DNA of 64,000 nt from Trichormus sp. ATA11-4-KO1 (GCA_019358915.1 JAHHIM010000014.1:37574-101573); one strand, 5' to 3'. Counted from the stretch's first letter, positions 30,654-40,741 are shown. The notes: generated by a model not told the origin, from the letters alone. Program-made: numbers and translations.

Positions 30654-31328
30654 CTAATTTGCTTGCTTTCCCCAGCTATTCTCACGCTGGCGTAACTTCA
30701 CCAAAACTTTAACTCGCCGCTTGAATTCTGCAAATTCCTCTGCACTCAGCGCCGTCTTTTGCCATGCTGGACGCTGCATCAAGCGTTCAGACCAGTCATT
30801 TAACTTGGGGTAATTACTCAGAAAAAAACCCAACTTCGGCAAGAAAGGCACAATAGTTCCAGCAACAATATCTGCTAAGGTTAACTGTTCGCTGCCAAAA
30901 AAAGGGCGATCGCCCAAAGCTTTTGTGAAAAAATGTAATACCTTATCTATATGTTCCTTTATCTTCACAAATTTTGGTAAATCTTCGTTTTCATAAATCA
31001 GGGAAATTGCTTTGGGAAATAGTTCGTTAGTAGTCACCATTTGTACCATTCGCACGGTTGCTAAAGCTTGAGGTTCAGTTGGTAACAAAGCAGGTGTAGG
31101 GTATTTACTTTCTAAGTAGTCTAAAATTGCTATGGATTCTAGTACTGAAAACCCATCATCAACTATCACTGGGATATGATGAAATGGGTTAATTGCCAAA
31201 AAATCTGGTTGGAACTGATCATCATCCAACCTCAGCACTACAGACTCAAAGGCAATACCTTTTTCTAATAAGGCGAGCCATACACGACGAGCAATGGGTG
31301 ATTGACGATTATAGTAAAATTTCAGCAT
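30654..31328 (-). CDS. Glutathione S-transferase family protein
   Basis: SPIARRV, INPFHHIPV, LESIAILDYL, LTLADI. Confidence 0.9.
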   Translation of the reverse strand: MLKFYYNRQSPIARRVWLALLEKGIAFESVVLRLDDDQFQPDFLAINPFHHIPVIVDDGFSVLESIAILDYLESKYPTPALLPTEPQALATVRMVQMVTTNELFPKAISLIYENEDLPKFVKIKEHIDKVLHFFTKALGDRPFFGSEQLTLADIVAGTIVPFLPKLGFFLSNYPKLNDWSERLMQRPAWQKTALSAEEFAEFKRRVKVLVKLRQRENSWGKQAN

Positions 31329-31355
31329 AGTAATTTCCTGCAAAATTCGCTAAAA

Positions 31356-31369
31356 AGACCGAAAGGTTT
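31356..31369. promoter_or_regulatory. Putative TetR operator upstream of the GST gene
   Basis: AGACC-gaaa-GGTTT, 28 bp from the GST start; same motif recurs at 32216 and 32868. Confidence 0.6.
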
Positions 31370-31464
31370 GTTAATATCCAAAAAATTTACTCTATTCTAG
31401 GATCAACGCTTTCAAGGTGGGTAGAAATTGTCTAAAATTTTGTCCAATTTTAGGCTTTCTACCT

Positions 31465-31545
31465 TTGTGCTTTTGTGGTTCAAAAGTCATTTTTTTAACC
31501 ACTAAGATACCAAGAGAAATACATTACATCTTGAAAGGGCTAGTC
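31465..31545. repeat. Dispersed repeat (similar copy at ~54360-54420)
   Basis: Shared AACCACTAAGA...AAATACATTACA(T/C)CTTGAAAGGG(C/G)TAGTC. Confidence 0.6.
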
Positions 31546-31553
31546 TTCTATGC

Positions 31554-31701
31554 TTATAACAGAGTTTTTAGACAGCCAAATATCAGAACCAAAGTTCCCA
31601 TTAATGAGCCAATAGCTCCTACCATAAGGAATCCCTGTTAATAATCCGATTAACAAAACTATGGCTCCATGTAGTGTTAATTGAATAGCTAATTGATTCA
31701 T
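31554..31701 (-). pseudogene. Remnant of a small membrane-protein gene with an apparent internal deletion
   Basis: N-terminal MNQLAIQLTLHGAIVLLIGLLTGIPYG joins out of frame to C-terminal MVGAIGSLMGTLVLIFGCLKTLL* at a shared TATGGT. Confidence 0.55.
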
Positions 31702-31744
31702 TTTTTAATACTCTAAAATTAACATTTGGTTGATTAATTACAAC

Positions 31745-32188
31745 TTAAATTTGCTCATTTACTGCGTGATATTCTAAATATTTTTGCTGCAATTCTTGGG
31801 GAATCGGCATAGGGCGACCATTTTGTAAATTGACAAATGCACCCTTTTGTATTGCAACTGCTGCCAACTGATCGTTAGATAAAATTTCAGCTTGAGCCGT
31901 CAACTTTAAACGTCCCATACTACTCAGCCATAAACGCCCTTCTACTTTGTCAGCAAGTTTGATGGCACGCTTATACTCTATTTCGGTTCCAGATAATATT
32001 GGCACATATCCTTGTTCAATTAGTTTATCAAGTGGTAAGTATTCATCTAAGCATTTTAAGCGTAAATCTTCTAGCCATCTGATATAAACAATGTTGCTCA
32101 CAATGCCTGCAAAATCAATATCATATGTCTTGACAGAGATTGTGAGTTTTACTTCTAGTGGTCTACGTGGATGATTAGTTACTATCAT
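31745..32188 (-). CDS. Acyl-CoA thioesterase (4HBT/YbgC hot-dog fold)
   Basis: YDIDFAGIVSNIVYIRWLEDLR motif. Confidence 0.85.
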   Translation of the reverse strand: MIVTNHPRRPLEVKLTISVKTYDIDFAGIVSNIVYIRWLEDLRLKCLDEYLPLDKLIEQGYVPILSGTEIEYKRAIKLADKVEGRLWLSSMGRLKLTAQAEILSNDQLAAVAIQKGAFVNLQNGRPMPIPQELQQKYLEYHAVNEQI

Positions 32189-32215
32189 GGTGTTGTTTAA
32201 GGTTTTAAATTCTTA

Positions 32216-32229
32216 AGACCGTTCGGTCG
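32216..32229. promoter_or_regulatory. Putative TetR operator upstream of the thioesterase gene
   Basis: AGACC-gttc-GGTCG, 28 bp from the start. Confidence 0.62.
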
Positions 32230-32268
32230 GTTATTGAGCAAAATTTTTCTATTATCTGGAATATAGAT

Positions 32269-32856
32269 TTAAAATTGACTATCGATATACTGATTTAAAT
32301 GACTAACTGCTCGTTGCATATAAATTGAATTTCCGTAAAGTTTGCTCATCATAATCGCTCCTTCCAAAGTGGCAGTTATAATGGTGGCAATTTCGTCAGC
32401 ATTTACTTCAGGGCGAATTTCACCTTTTTCAATTCCCGTTTCAATAATTCGACGAATCAAATGCATCCAAGAGTTCATCGCCTGTTGAGTACGTTCCCGG
32501 AGTGCAGGATGAGCATCATCACTCTCAATAGCAGTATTCAGCAGGGGACAGCCTCCTGGGATGGGTGGATTCTCTGCAAAATTACTAAATACGCCAATAA
32601 TTGCTTGCAAACGCTCAACTGCATGACGTTTGTTTCGCAATGCCGCCCTATAATGCTTACTGACGCAGGCGATCGCAAAGTCAAAAGCCTGTAGCGCTAG
32701 CTCATCCTTGCTTTGGAAGTGATTATAAATTCCTCCTTTCTGTAATCCAGTTACACGCATGATGTCAGAAATAGATGAGCCAGCATATCCCTGTTGGTTA
32801 AATAATTCGGCTGCTTGTTGGAGAATTCTGGTTTTTGTTTCTTCGCCTTTAGACAT
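32269..32856 (-). CDS. TetR/AcrR family regulator (NemR/YcfQ-like)
   Basis: ILQQAAELFNQQGYAGSSISDIMRVTGLQKGGIYNHF HTH; GGCPLLN conserved Cys motif. Confidence 0.92.
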   Translation of the reverse strand: MSKGEETKTRILQQAAELFNQQGYAGSSISDIMRVTGLQKGGIYNHFQSKDELALQAFDFAIACVSKHYRAALRNKRHAVERLQAIIGVFSNFAENPPIPGGCPLLNTAIESDDAHPALRERTQQAMNSWMHLIRRIIETGIEKGEIRPEVNADEIATIITATLEGAIMMSKLYGNSIYMQRAVSHLNQYIDSQF

Positions 32857-32867
32857 AAAAATTTTAA

Positions 32868-32881
32868 AGACCGATTGGTCT
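32868..32881. promoter_or_regulatory. Putative autoregulatory TetR operator
   Basis: Perfect AGACC-gatt-GGTCT, 12 bp from the tetR ATG. Confidence 0.7.
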
Positions 32882-32968
32882 GATTCAGACTAGCATGATA
32901 AATATTTGGTAGTCAATTCATCCAGGGGATTGGGCATTGGGTAAAATTGCCCTCATCCCCTCTAAGCC

Positions 32969-34123
32969 CTATAAAGAAAGGGCTAAAATCTTCTCGACTA
33001 CCTCAGGGTTAACATCCTGGTGTTCACCTAAAGCTACAAAACCACGCTTTTCAAAGCGGTCAATAATTACAGGGATAGTATCTAACCCTACACCATAATC
33101 AGCCAAGCGAGTGCGTACACCCACAGATTCAAAGAAGTTGCGAGTTTGAGCGATCGCATCTGTAATTCTTGTTTCCTCAGAACCATCGACGATACCCCAA
33201 ACGCGCTCAGCATATTGTAAAAGTTTTTGCCACTTGCGATCACGCCTAATTGTTAGAGTACTGGGTAATACAATCGCCAAAGTTTGAGCATGATCTAAAC
33301 CGTGCAGTGCCGTCAACTCATGACCAATCATGTGGGTGGCCCAATCTTGGGGTACTCCTACACCAATTAACCCATTCAGTGCCATGGTGGCACACCACAT
33401 GACATTAGCTCGTGCATCGTAGTCTTGAGGATTAGCTAAAGTTTTTGGCCCCTCCTCAATCAGAGTTTTTAAAATCGACTCAGCCATCCTATCTTGTAAT
33501 GGTGCATTCACTGGATAAGTCAAATACTGTTCCATGACATGGGTGTAAGCATCGACAATACCATTGCTAATTTGTCGAGGAGGTAGGGAAAAAGTTGTTT
33601 CTGGATCGAGAACAGAAAAGCGAGGAAATACTAAAGGACTGCTAAAATATAGTTTTTCTTGGGTTTCCCATTTAGTGACAACCGAGTTTGTATTCATTTC
33701 TGAACCGGTTGCAGGTAAAGTTAAAACTGCACCGAAAGGTACAGCAGCAGTTACAGATGCTTGTTTAGCGAGGATATCCCAAGGATCGCCGACAAAGGGA
33801 ACCGCAGCTGCAATAAATTTTGTCCCATCAAGTACTGAACCTCCACCCACAGCTAGTAAAAAATCAATACCTTCTTTCCGCACCACTTCAACTGCTTTTA
33901 AGAGGGTTTCCAGGTGGGGATTAGGTTCGATTCCGCCAAACTCAGTTACATTACGTCCAGCTAACGCCAACTTAACTTGGTCATAAACACCATTGGTTTT
34001 GATGCTACCTCCACCATAAGTCACCAAAATTCTGGCATCAGCAGGAATTTCGGCAGCAATATTGGCAATTTGACCTTTGCCAAACAGAATTTTGACTGGG
34101 TTGTAAAAAACAAAGTTTTCCAT
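32969..34123 (-). CDS. Iron-containing alcohol dehydrogenase / YqhD-like NADPH aldehyde reductase
   Basis: YGGGSIK, GGIEPNP, AVGGGSVLDGTK, LPATGSE, THMIGHELTALHGLDHAQTL. Confidence 0.9.
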   Translation of the reverse strand: MENFVFYNPVKILFGKGQIANIAAEIPADARILVTYGGGSIKTNGVYDQVKLALAGRNVTEFGGIEPNPHLETLLKAVEVVRKEGIDFLLAVGGGSVLDGTKFIAAAVPFVGDPWDILAKQASVTAAVPFGAVLTLPATGSEMNTNSVVTKWETQEKLYFSSPLVFPRFSVLDPETTFSLPPRQISNGIVDAYTHVMEQYLTYPVNAPLQDRMAESILKTLIEEGPKTLANPQDYDARANVMWCATMALNGLIGVGVPQDWATHMIGHELTALHGLDHAQTLAIVLPSTLTIRRDRKWQKLLQYAERVWGIVDGSEETRITDAIAQTRNFFESVGVRTRLADYGVGLDTIPVIIDRFEKRGFVALGEHQDVNPEVVEKILALSL

Positions 34124-34223
34124 GAGTGATAGAGGCAGTAATAAAATTTAACCTTGATTATTCTAATCAGTTTCACCGCTTTGCCGTTTAATCCTGTTAA
34201 CCAACACACTTAGCTGCATCAGC

Positions 34224-35195
34224 TTATCTCCAAAATAAATTTATACCGTATAAATACAGTGGTATACCCACAATGATGTTAAAAGGGAATGTCACAGCTA
34301 GGGCAGTAGAAATATACAAACTGGGATTAGCTTCTGGAACACTTAGCCGCATGGCTGCTGGTACAGCAATATATGAAGCACTAGCACACAATACAGAAAA
34401 TAATAGGGTGTCCCCTTGTGACATACCAATCAATTTGGCCATGACTAAAGCAATGCCAGCATTAACAATTGGTGTGAGGATCGCAAACAAGATCAGGAAA
34501 GCGCCTGTTTTTTGCAAATCTTTGATTCTTTTGGCGGCCAGCAGTCCCATATCTAACAAAAAGAAGGTGAGGACACCATAAAACAAATCCTGGGTAAAAG
34601 GTTTTAATACCTCTGCACCATGTTCTCCTGTTAGTACGCCCATGATCAGGCTGCCAACTAAAAGATACACGGAACTATTGAGGCAAGCTTCCCGGATTAC
34701 TTCTGACCAAATAAATTCTCGCTTGTCTTGATTAGCTGTGAAAATATTGACTAAAATTAAACCCACAATAATCGCTGGAGATTCCATCAAAGCTAGGGCT
34801 GCTACCATATAGCCATCAAAGTTAATTCCCAATTGAGTGAGGAATGAGCCAGCTGTAATAAAGGTGACTGCACTGATGGAACCGTATGTTGAAGCGATCG
34901 CAGCTGCATTGTAAGCATCAAGTTTGAGCCTCAAAATAAAAAATGTATAAATTGGGACAATACATGCCATTAATATTGCTGCTACAAGCGTGAGGATGAC
35001 TTCCTGGCCAATACCACTTTTTACCAGTTCCACACCACCCTTAAATCCGATAGCAAATAATAAATAAAGCGAAAACAGTTTAGGAAGAGGTGCAGGAATT
35101 TCCAGATCCGACCTCAGAAATACCGCCAGCATTCCTAGAAAGAAAGCTAACACAGGTGGATTTAAGATGTTAGACACGATCAAACTGACATCCAT
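34224..35195 (-). CDS. SbtA-family (DUF897) Na+-dependent bicarbonate transport permease
   Basis: LYLLFAIGFKGG, YGSISAVTF, ALMESPAI, FLLDMG, SASYIAVPAA, TFPFNI. Confidence 0.88.
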   Translation of the reverse strand: MDVSLIVSNILNPPVLAFFLGMLAVFLRSDLEIPAPLPKLFSLYLLFAIGFKGGVELVKSGIGQEVILTLVAAILMACIVPIYTFFILRLKLDAYNAAAIASTYGSISAVTFITAGSFLTQLGINFDGYMVAALALMESPAIIVGLILVNIFTANQDKREFIWSEVIREACLNSSVYLLVGSLIMGVLTGEHGAEVLKPFTQDLFYGVLTFFLLDMGLLAAKRIKDLQKTGAFLILFAILTPIVNAGIALVMAKLIGMSQGDTLLFSVLCASASYIAVPAAMRLSVPEANPSLYISTALAVTFPFNIIVGIPLYLYGINLFWR

Positions 35196-35298
35196 TTCCA
35201 CCACTCCTACTTGCAATTAATCACTTTATGAATAAGTGTTACATGCAGAGTGGCAACTAGCACAGATAATAAGTCTTGACCGTACTAGCCAGCTAAGT

Positions 35299-35315
35299 CA
35301 TAGTTTTTATTTATG
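35299..35315. promoter_or_regulatory. Possible LysR-type box upstream of the SbtA-family gene
   Basis: CATA-N9-TATG inverted repeat containing T-N11-A. Confidence 0.35.
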
Positions 35316-35471
35316 TAAAATTCCTAATTTCCCGCTTTTATGCATAATTTAAATAATTAAAACTTATTGTTTTGCTGCTTAATTGCACTGATTGCCTGCT
35401 GAAAGCATGTTTTTGGGCGATCGCTATGAAAAAACTTTATTTTAAACAAATTTTCTCAGCTTATGTATATA

Positions 35472-35510
35472 ATGCAAGCAAGTACTTGCATTTGCAAGTA
35501 AGTGCTTACA
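35472..35510. promoter_or_regulatory. Tandem palindromic operators upstream of the truncated tetR/RND operon
   Basis: ATGCAAG-caagta-CTTGCAT (35472-35491) and TGCAAG-taagtg-CTTACA (35493-35510), 20-bp period. Confidence 0.7.
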
Positions 35511-35517
35511 TAATTTT

Positions 35518-35736
35518 ATGAATAATTTAGCATCAAGGACTGCACAAACTCGTGCCAGATTAATAGAGGCGGCAACCGAGGTGTTTGCAAATGCAGGTTT
35601 AATAGGGGCCACAACACGTGAAATTGCGCGTGTCGCTGGGGTCAATGAGGTAACGATGCTTAACTCTTGCTTCAACAGTTTTTACACGCGAATATCAGGT
35701 TCTATAAATTTGCAAATATACCAGGAGAATCGCTGA
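35518..35736 (+). pseudogene. Truncated TetR regulator (HTH fragment only)
   Basis: TRARLIEAATEVFANAGLIGATTREIARVAGVNEVT, then loses the expected LFRHF and the ligand domain; 72 aa. Confidence 0.8.
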
Positions 35737-35809
35737 AAAACTATATAAACTTTTTCAGCCAGAGATTACCAAAGTCTAAATCTGTTTATATAAAGATGAG
35801 AAAACACAG

Positions 35810-37351
35810 ATGTCCCATTCTGAATCCTCTGAGTCCCTAGTTGCTGCTGAAATTGAACAGCAAGAGCAAACATCTAAGCCTAATCAACAACGGCGTTGGC
35901 CGCTAGTTTTGGGTATTCTCCTGTTACTTGCAGGTAGTGGCTTTGGTTGGATCTGGTGGCAAAATCGCTTTGCTAGTAATGCACCTGCTGGCGATACAGT
36001 TGCTGCTGGTCAACCGATGGGAATTCCTGTGAAGTTAGCCACTGTAGAAACTGGCACCATCCAGGAAGCTACGGTATTTCCGGGTGAATTAGAAGCACCA
36101 CGCTCAGTGTCACTTAGACCAGAGATAGATGGACGAATTAGCCAAATTTTATTTCGCCAAGGCGATCGCGTCCAACAAGGGCAAGTGATCATTCGCCTCC
36201 AAAGTGACGATGCCCAAGCCCGCTTCAGACAAGCTAAAGCTTCATTGGAACGCACCCAAGCACGTCTGGCAGAACTCAAAGCGGGTACACGTCCAGAAGA
36301 GATTGCCCAAGCCAGAGCTAGATTAGCTCAAGCCGAAACCCGCTTGCAAAATGCCCAAGCAGGAGCTAGACCAGAAGAAATTGCTCAGGCTGAAGCTCAA
36401 ATTGTCGCTGCTAAATCCGATGTGGAATTGGCACAGTCACGAGCGCAACGCAACGAACAATTAGCCAAAGAAGGTGCTATTTCCCAAGACCAACTAGACG
36501 GATTTATCAGAGAACAGCGCAGTGCTGAAGCTAGGTTGCAAGAAGCTCAACGACGATTAGAGCAACTCCGCAAAAGCAGAAGCTCTGATATTAATGAGCT
36601 AGCGGCGGCTGTGGAATTAGAAAGGCAAAATGTCAGGCAATTAGAAAACGGCCCTCGTGCAGAAGAAATTGCCCAAGCCCGTTCTCAAGTCAGTGAAGCC
36701 GCCGCCCAAGTCCAGGTGGCAGAAGTCCAACAGCAATACACCAACGTTATTGCCCCTTTGACTGGCATTCTTGGTGATATCCCAGTGAGAGTAGGAGAGT
36801 TTGTTAATAAAGGAGATGAACTCTCGACACTCAACACAAATGATTCTTTGGAACTGAATATATCTGTTCCTACGACTCAAGCAGAACAGTTGCGAATAGG
36901 ATTACCAGTAGAAATGCTTGATGACCAAGGTAATCCCCAAGCTAAAGGTAAGGTGAGTTTTATCTCGCCCAATGTTACAGATAATGATACACAGACCGTC
37001 TTAGTTAAAGCCACCTTTGCCAACCCCCAAAACCAACTACTCAATCGTCAGTATGTGCCAACCAGGATCATTTGGGATGAACGTCCAGGAATTTTAATTC
37101 CCACTGAAGCTATCTCTCGCATGGGTGGGCAAAATTTTGTGTTTGTAGCCCAAGCACCAACAGAAACTAAACCAGGAATGCCAAATCTGGTAGCTCAACA
37201 AAAACCTGTGCAGTTGGGAGCCATTGAAGGCAGCAATTATCAAGTTCTCGAAGGACTGGAGGTTGGTGATCAAATCGTGGTTGCCGGCATTCTCAATCTT
37301 ACCAATGGAGCGCCTATTATCCCTGCGCCAGCAGCAACGAGTGCAAGGTAG
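35810..37351 (+). CDS. RND efflux periplasmic adaptor (MFP)
   Basis: TM anchor, LRPEIDGRI..GDRVQQGQ lipoyl half, long coiled coil with RPEEIAQA repeats, IAPLTG. Confidence 0.92.
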   Translation: MSHSESSESLVAAEIEQQEQTSKPNQQRRWPLVLGILLLLAGSGFGWIWWQNRFASNAPAGDTVAAGQPMGIPVKLATVETGTIQEATVFPGELEAPRSVSLRPEIDGRISQILFRQGDRVQQGQVIIRLQSDDAQARFRQAKASLERTQARLAELKAGTRPEEIAQARARLAQAETRLQNAQAGARPEEIAQAEAQIVAAKSDVELAQSRAQRNEQLAKEGAISQDQLDGFIREQRSAEARLQEAQRRLEQLRKSRSSDINELAAAVELERQNVRQLENGPRAEEIAQARSQVSEAAAQVQVAEVQQQYTNVIAPLTGILGDIPVRVGEFVNKGDELSTLNTNDSLELNISVPTTQAEQLRIGLPVEMLDDQGNPQAKGKVSFISPNVTDNDTQTVLVKATFANPQNQLLNRQYVPTRIIWDERPGILIPTEAISRMGGQNFVFVAQAPTETKPGMPNLVAQQKPVQLGAIEGSNYQVLEGLEVGDQIVVAGILNLTNGAPIIPAPAATSAR

Positions 37352-37507
37352 ATAAAAAAACTGCTGTTATTCCCTTTGCTGGTAATTTTACCTACTCAGC
37401 ACTTTCAACTCAGTACTCTTCATTTTGTGTCTTGGTGTCTTTGTAGTTAACATATGCCACCAAGACACGAAGCAGAAATAAGGCTACCCCAATGACCCAA
37501 TTTTCCT

Positions 37508-40500
37508 ATGTTTATTGATTTTTTTATCAAACGTCCAGTTTTTTCTACGGTCTGTGCCTTGATTGTGCTGCTACTGGGATTGATTTGTATTCCCACACTG
37601 CCAATCGCACGTTTCCCAGACATCGCTCCCACCCAAATCAACGTTACAGCCAACTATAGTGGAGCAAGTGCCGAGGACGTAGAAAGTGGTGTGACGAACA
37701 TCTTAGAAAGGCAAATCAACGGAATTGAGGGTATTAGATACATTACTTCCAGCAGCAGTAACGATGGCTCTAGTACTATTACAGCTACCTTTGATTCATC
37801 AAGAGACCCAGATATTGCAGCTGTAGACATCCAAAACCGTGTTTCTGTTGTCCAACCGCAACTACCAGATTCTGTGCAGCGCACGGGTGTTAGGGTTACC
37901 AAACAAGCTAACAATATTCTCTTAGGCTTTGGTTTGTTTGCTGAGAATGATGAATACGATAATGTATTTTTAAGTAACTATGCCGACCTTTACTTGGGAG
38001 ATGCCTTAAAAAGAGTTAAAGGTGTGGGCAATGTTCAAATTTTTGGCGAACGCCGTTACGCCATGCGTCTGTGGTTAGACCCAAATCGACTCGCTAGTCG
38101 GGGTTTAACAACGAGAGATGTAGTTAATGCCTTATCTGAACAAAACATCCAAGTTGGTGCAGGAAGAATTGGACAAGAACCTGCTCCCCCAGGGCAAAGG
38201 TTTCAAATTGATGTGCGTGCTTCTAGCAGATTACAAGAAGTATCCGAATTTGAAGAAATTGTTTTAAAAACTGGCAATAATGGTGCTTTAGTTAAACTCA
38301 AAGATGTTGGTAGAGCCGAGCTAGGGGCAGAAAATTACGATACATTTCTGCGATATCGCGCTCAGGATGCTGTCGGCTTGGGTATTTATCAGCTACCTGG
38401 TAGTAATGCCTTGGATGTGGCGCGGGGAGTTAAGGAAGAAATGGCGCGACTGGCATCAAGTTTTCCGCCAGGAATTAAGTATGAATTAGCCTTTGACACA
38501 ACATCATTTGTAGAAGAGTCGATGACGGAGGTGATTAAGACTCTCTTTGCTGCTGTTGTGCTGGTTGTGATTGTGATTTTTGTGTTTTTGCAGGACTGGC
38601 GCACTACTTTAATTCCGGCGCTGACAGTACCGCTATCTCTAATTGGGACATTTATCTTCGCCAGAGTTTTTGACTTTTCCATCAATAGTTTGACTTTATT
38701 TGGATTAACTTTAGCATCTGGGATGGTCGTAGATGATGCGATCGTGGTAGTGGAGCAAATCAGCCGTTTTATTCAAGATAAAGGCATGAGTCCCCGCCGG
38801 GCGGCTAGTGAGTCCATGGCTGAATTATTTGGTGCAGTTATTGCCACTTCTTTGGTGCTGATGGCGGTGTTTATCCCAGTGGCATTTTTTCCAGGAACCA
38901 CCGGGGCGCTGTATCGCCAATTTGCCCTGACCATTGCCTTTTCTATTGTGATTTCTACTTTTTTGGCGTTGACTTTAACACCTTCTTTGTGCGCGTTATT
39001 GCTACGTCAAGGACAAAAACCTTCAGGCTGGCTGGGTCGAGTGTTTGCGCGGATTAATCACTTTATTGACTCAGTACAAAGACGTTATCAGCGATCGCTC
39101 ATTTTTTTGCTCCGCTTCAAAAACATTATCATAGGGCTATTCATCGTCTCTTTAGGAATGACGGCTTGGCTCTACACCGCAGTACCTACAGCCTTTCTTC
39201 CAGAAGAAGACGAAGGCTTTTTCATCACGCTACTCCAGGGGCCACAAGGAGTTTCACTGCAATATACCAGTGATGTCATCGCCCAAGTAGAAAAAGAAAT
39301 CCTCCAAATTCCAGAAGTAGTGGGAACATTTGCTGTTGGTGGCTTTAGTTTCAGTGGAAATACAGCCAATAACGGGATTATTTTTACAACTTTAAAACCT
39401 TGGGCGGAACGCTCAAAACCAGACCAATCAGTACAAGCAATTATTGGTCAGCTGCGAGGGAAACTATTCGCCATCCCCGAAGCCAGAATTTTTCCAGTTA
39501 ATCCACCACCTATTCAAGGGTTAGGGAACTTTGGCGGCTTTGAGTTTCAACTGCAAGACCGTAGAGGTAGTAGTGGCTTAGACAGTTTGGTGCAATCGAT
39601 GGGTCAGTTGCTTGGTCGCGCCAATCAAACACCAGGGTTACAAGCTGTATTTACTACTTTTGCGGCGCAAACACCACAAATGCTGGTAGAAGTAGACCGA
39701 AACAAAGCTAAAGCATTACAAGTTTCCATAGATGATATCTTCGGCACTTTACAAACTGCTTTAGGGTCTCAATATGTAAATGATTTCAATCTCCAACAAC
39801 GTAATTACCGAGTCTACGTCCAGGCAGATAAACAGTTTCGCTCGAACCCCCAGGATATAAATCAACTGTATGTGCGTTCTCAAACCAATCAAATGATTCC
39901 TTTGAGTAACTTAATTACCACTACTTCTGTTGTAGGAGCGCAAACAATTAATCACTATAATCTATTCCGTTCAATTGGAATCAATGGCTCTCCTGCTCCC
40001 GGCTCTAGTTCTGGCAACGCTATTAAGACAATGGAGAGGTTAGCTCAAGAAGTTTTACCACCAAGTTTTGGTTACGAGTGGTCAGGAACTTCATTGGAAG
40101 AAATAGAATCTGGCGGTTTAGCACCCATAATTTTTGGTTTAGGAATTGTTTTTGTCTTTTTAGTCTTAGCTGCTCAGTACGAGAACTACATAGACCCCTT
40201 GATTATCTTACTGGCAGTTCCTTTGGCAATTTTTGGCGCACTGGTAGCTCAATCAATGCGGGGTTTTGCTAATGATGTTTACTGTCAAATCGGTCTAGTA
40301 ATGTTGATTGGTTTGGCTAGTAAGAATGCTATTTTGATTGTGGAATTTGCTAACCAATTACGGGATCAAGGGTTTTCAATTACTAAAGCCGCAATTGAAG
40401 CTGCACAAGAGCGTTTACGACCTATTTTGATGACAGCTTTTTCTACACTTTTGGGGATTTTTCCCTTAACTATTGCCACAGGTGCAGGCGCGGGAAGTCG

Positions 40501-40696
40501 TCAATCTTTGGGAACAACGGTATTTGGCGGCATGTTAATTGCTACTTTCTTAAGTCTGTTTGTGGTACCGATTTTGTACATCGTGATTAAAACAACTACA
40601 GAGCGTTTTATCAAACCTAACCGCCATCAAATGCAACTAGAAACAGATTATCTTGAGGAAGATACTGCTGCCTATTCGACAAGAAATGAGGATTAA
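37508..40696 (+). CDS. RND efflux permease (AcrB/HAE1 family)
   Basis: FFIKRPVF, MRLWLDP, GMVVDDAIVVVE, KNAILIVEFA, RLRPILMT. Confidence 0.95.
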   Translation: MFIDFFIKRPVFSTVCALIVLLLGLICIPTLPIARFPDIAPTQINVTANYSGASAEDVESGVTNILERQINGIEGIRYITSSSSNDGSSTITATFDSSRDPDIAAVDIQNRVSVVQPQLPDSVQRTGVRVTKQANNILLGFGLFAENDEYDNVFLSNYADLYLGDALKRVKGVGNVQIFGERRYAMRLWLDPNRLASRGLTTRDVVNALSEQNIQVGAGRIGQEPAPPGQRFQIDVRASSRLQEVSEFEEIVLKTGNNGALVKLKDVGRAELGAENYDTFLRYRAQDAVGLGIYQLPGSNALDVARGVKEEMARLASSFPPGIKYELAFDTTSFVEESMTEVIKTLFAAVVLVVIVIFVFLQDWRTTLIPALTVPLSLIGTFIFARVFDFSINSLTLFGLTLASGMVVDDAIVVVEQISRFIQDKGMSPRRAASESMAELFGAVIATSLVLMAVFIPVAFFPGTTGALYRQFALTIAFSIVISTFLALTLTPSLCALLLRQGQKPSGWLGRVFARINHFIDSVQRRYQRSLIFLLRFKNIIIGLFIVSLGMTAWLYTAVPTAFLPEEDEGFFITLLQGPQGVSLQYTSDVIAQVEKEILQIPEVVGTFAVGGFSFSGNTANNGIIFTTLKPWAERSKPDQSVQAIIGQLRGKLFAIPEARIFPVNPPPIQGLGNFGGFEFQLQDRRGSSGLDSLVQSMGQLLGRANQTPGLQAVFTTFAAQTPQMLVEVDRNKAKALQVSIDDIFGTLQTALGSQYVNDFNLQQRNYRVYVQADKQFRSNPQDINQLYVRSQTNQMIPLSNLITTTSVVGAQTINHYNLFRSIGINGSPAPGSSSGNAIKTMERLAQEVLPPSFGYEWSGTSLEEIESGGLAPIIFGLGIVFVFLVLAAQYENYIDPLIILLAVPLAIFGALVAQSMRGFANDVYCQIGLVMLIGLASKNAILIVEFANQLRDQGFSITKAAIEAAQERLRPILMTAFSTLLGIFPLTIATGAGAGSRQSLGTTVFGGMLIATFLSLFVVPILYIVIKTTTERFIKPNRHQMQLETDYLEEDTAAYSTRNED

Positions 40697-40741
40697 ATAA
40701 CTTGAATTTTATTCCCCAAGGTTGCTGGTGATTTTACTTTG

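Noticed and set aside
31417..31641. 74-aa plus-strand ORF
   Set aside because: It overlaps a dispersed repeat and the antisense gene remnant
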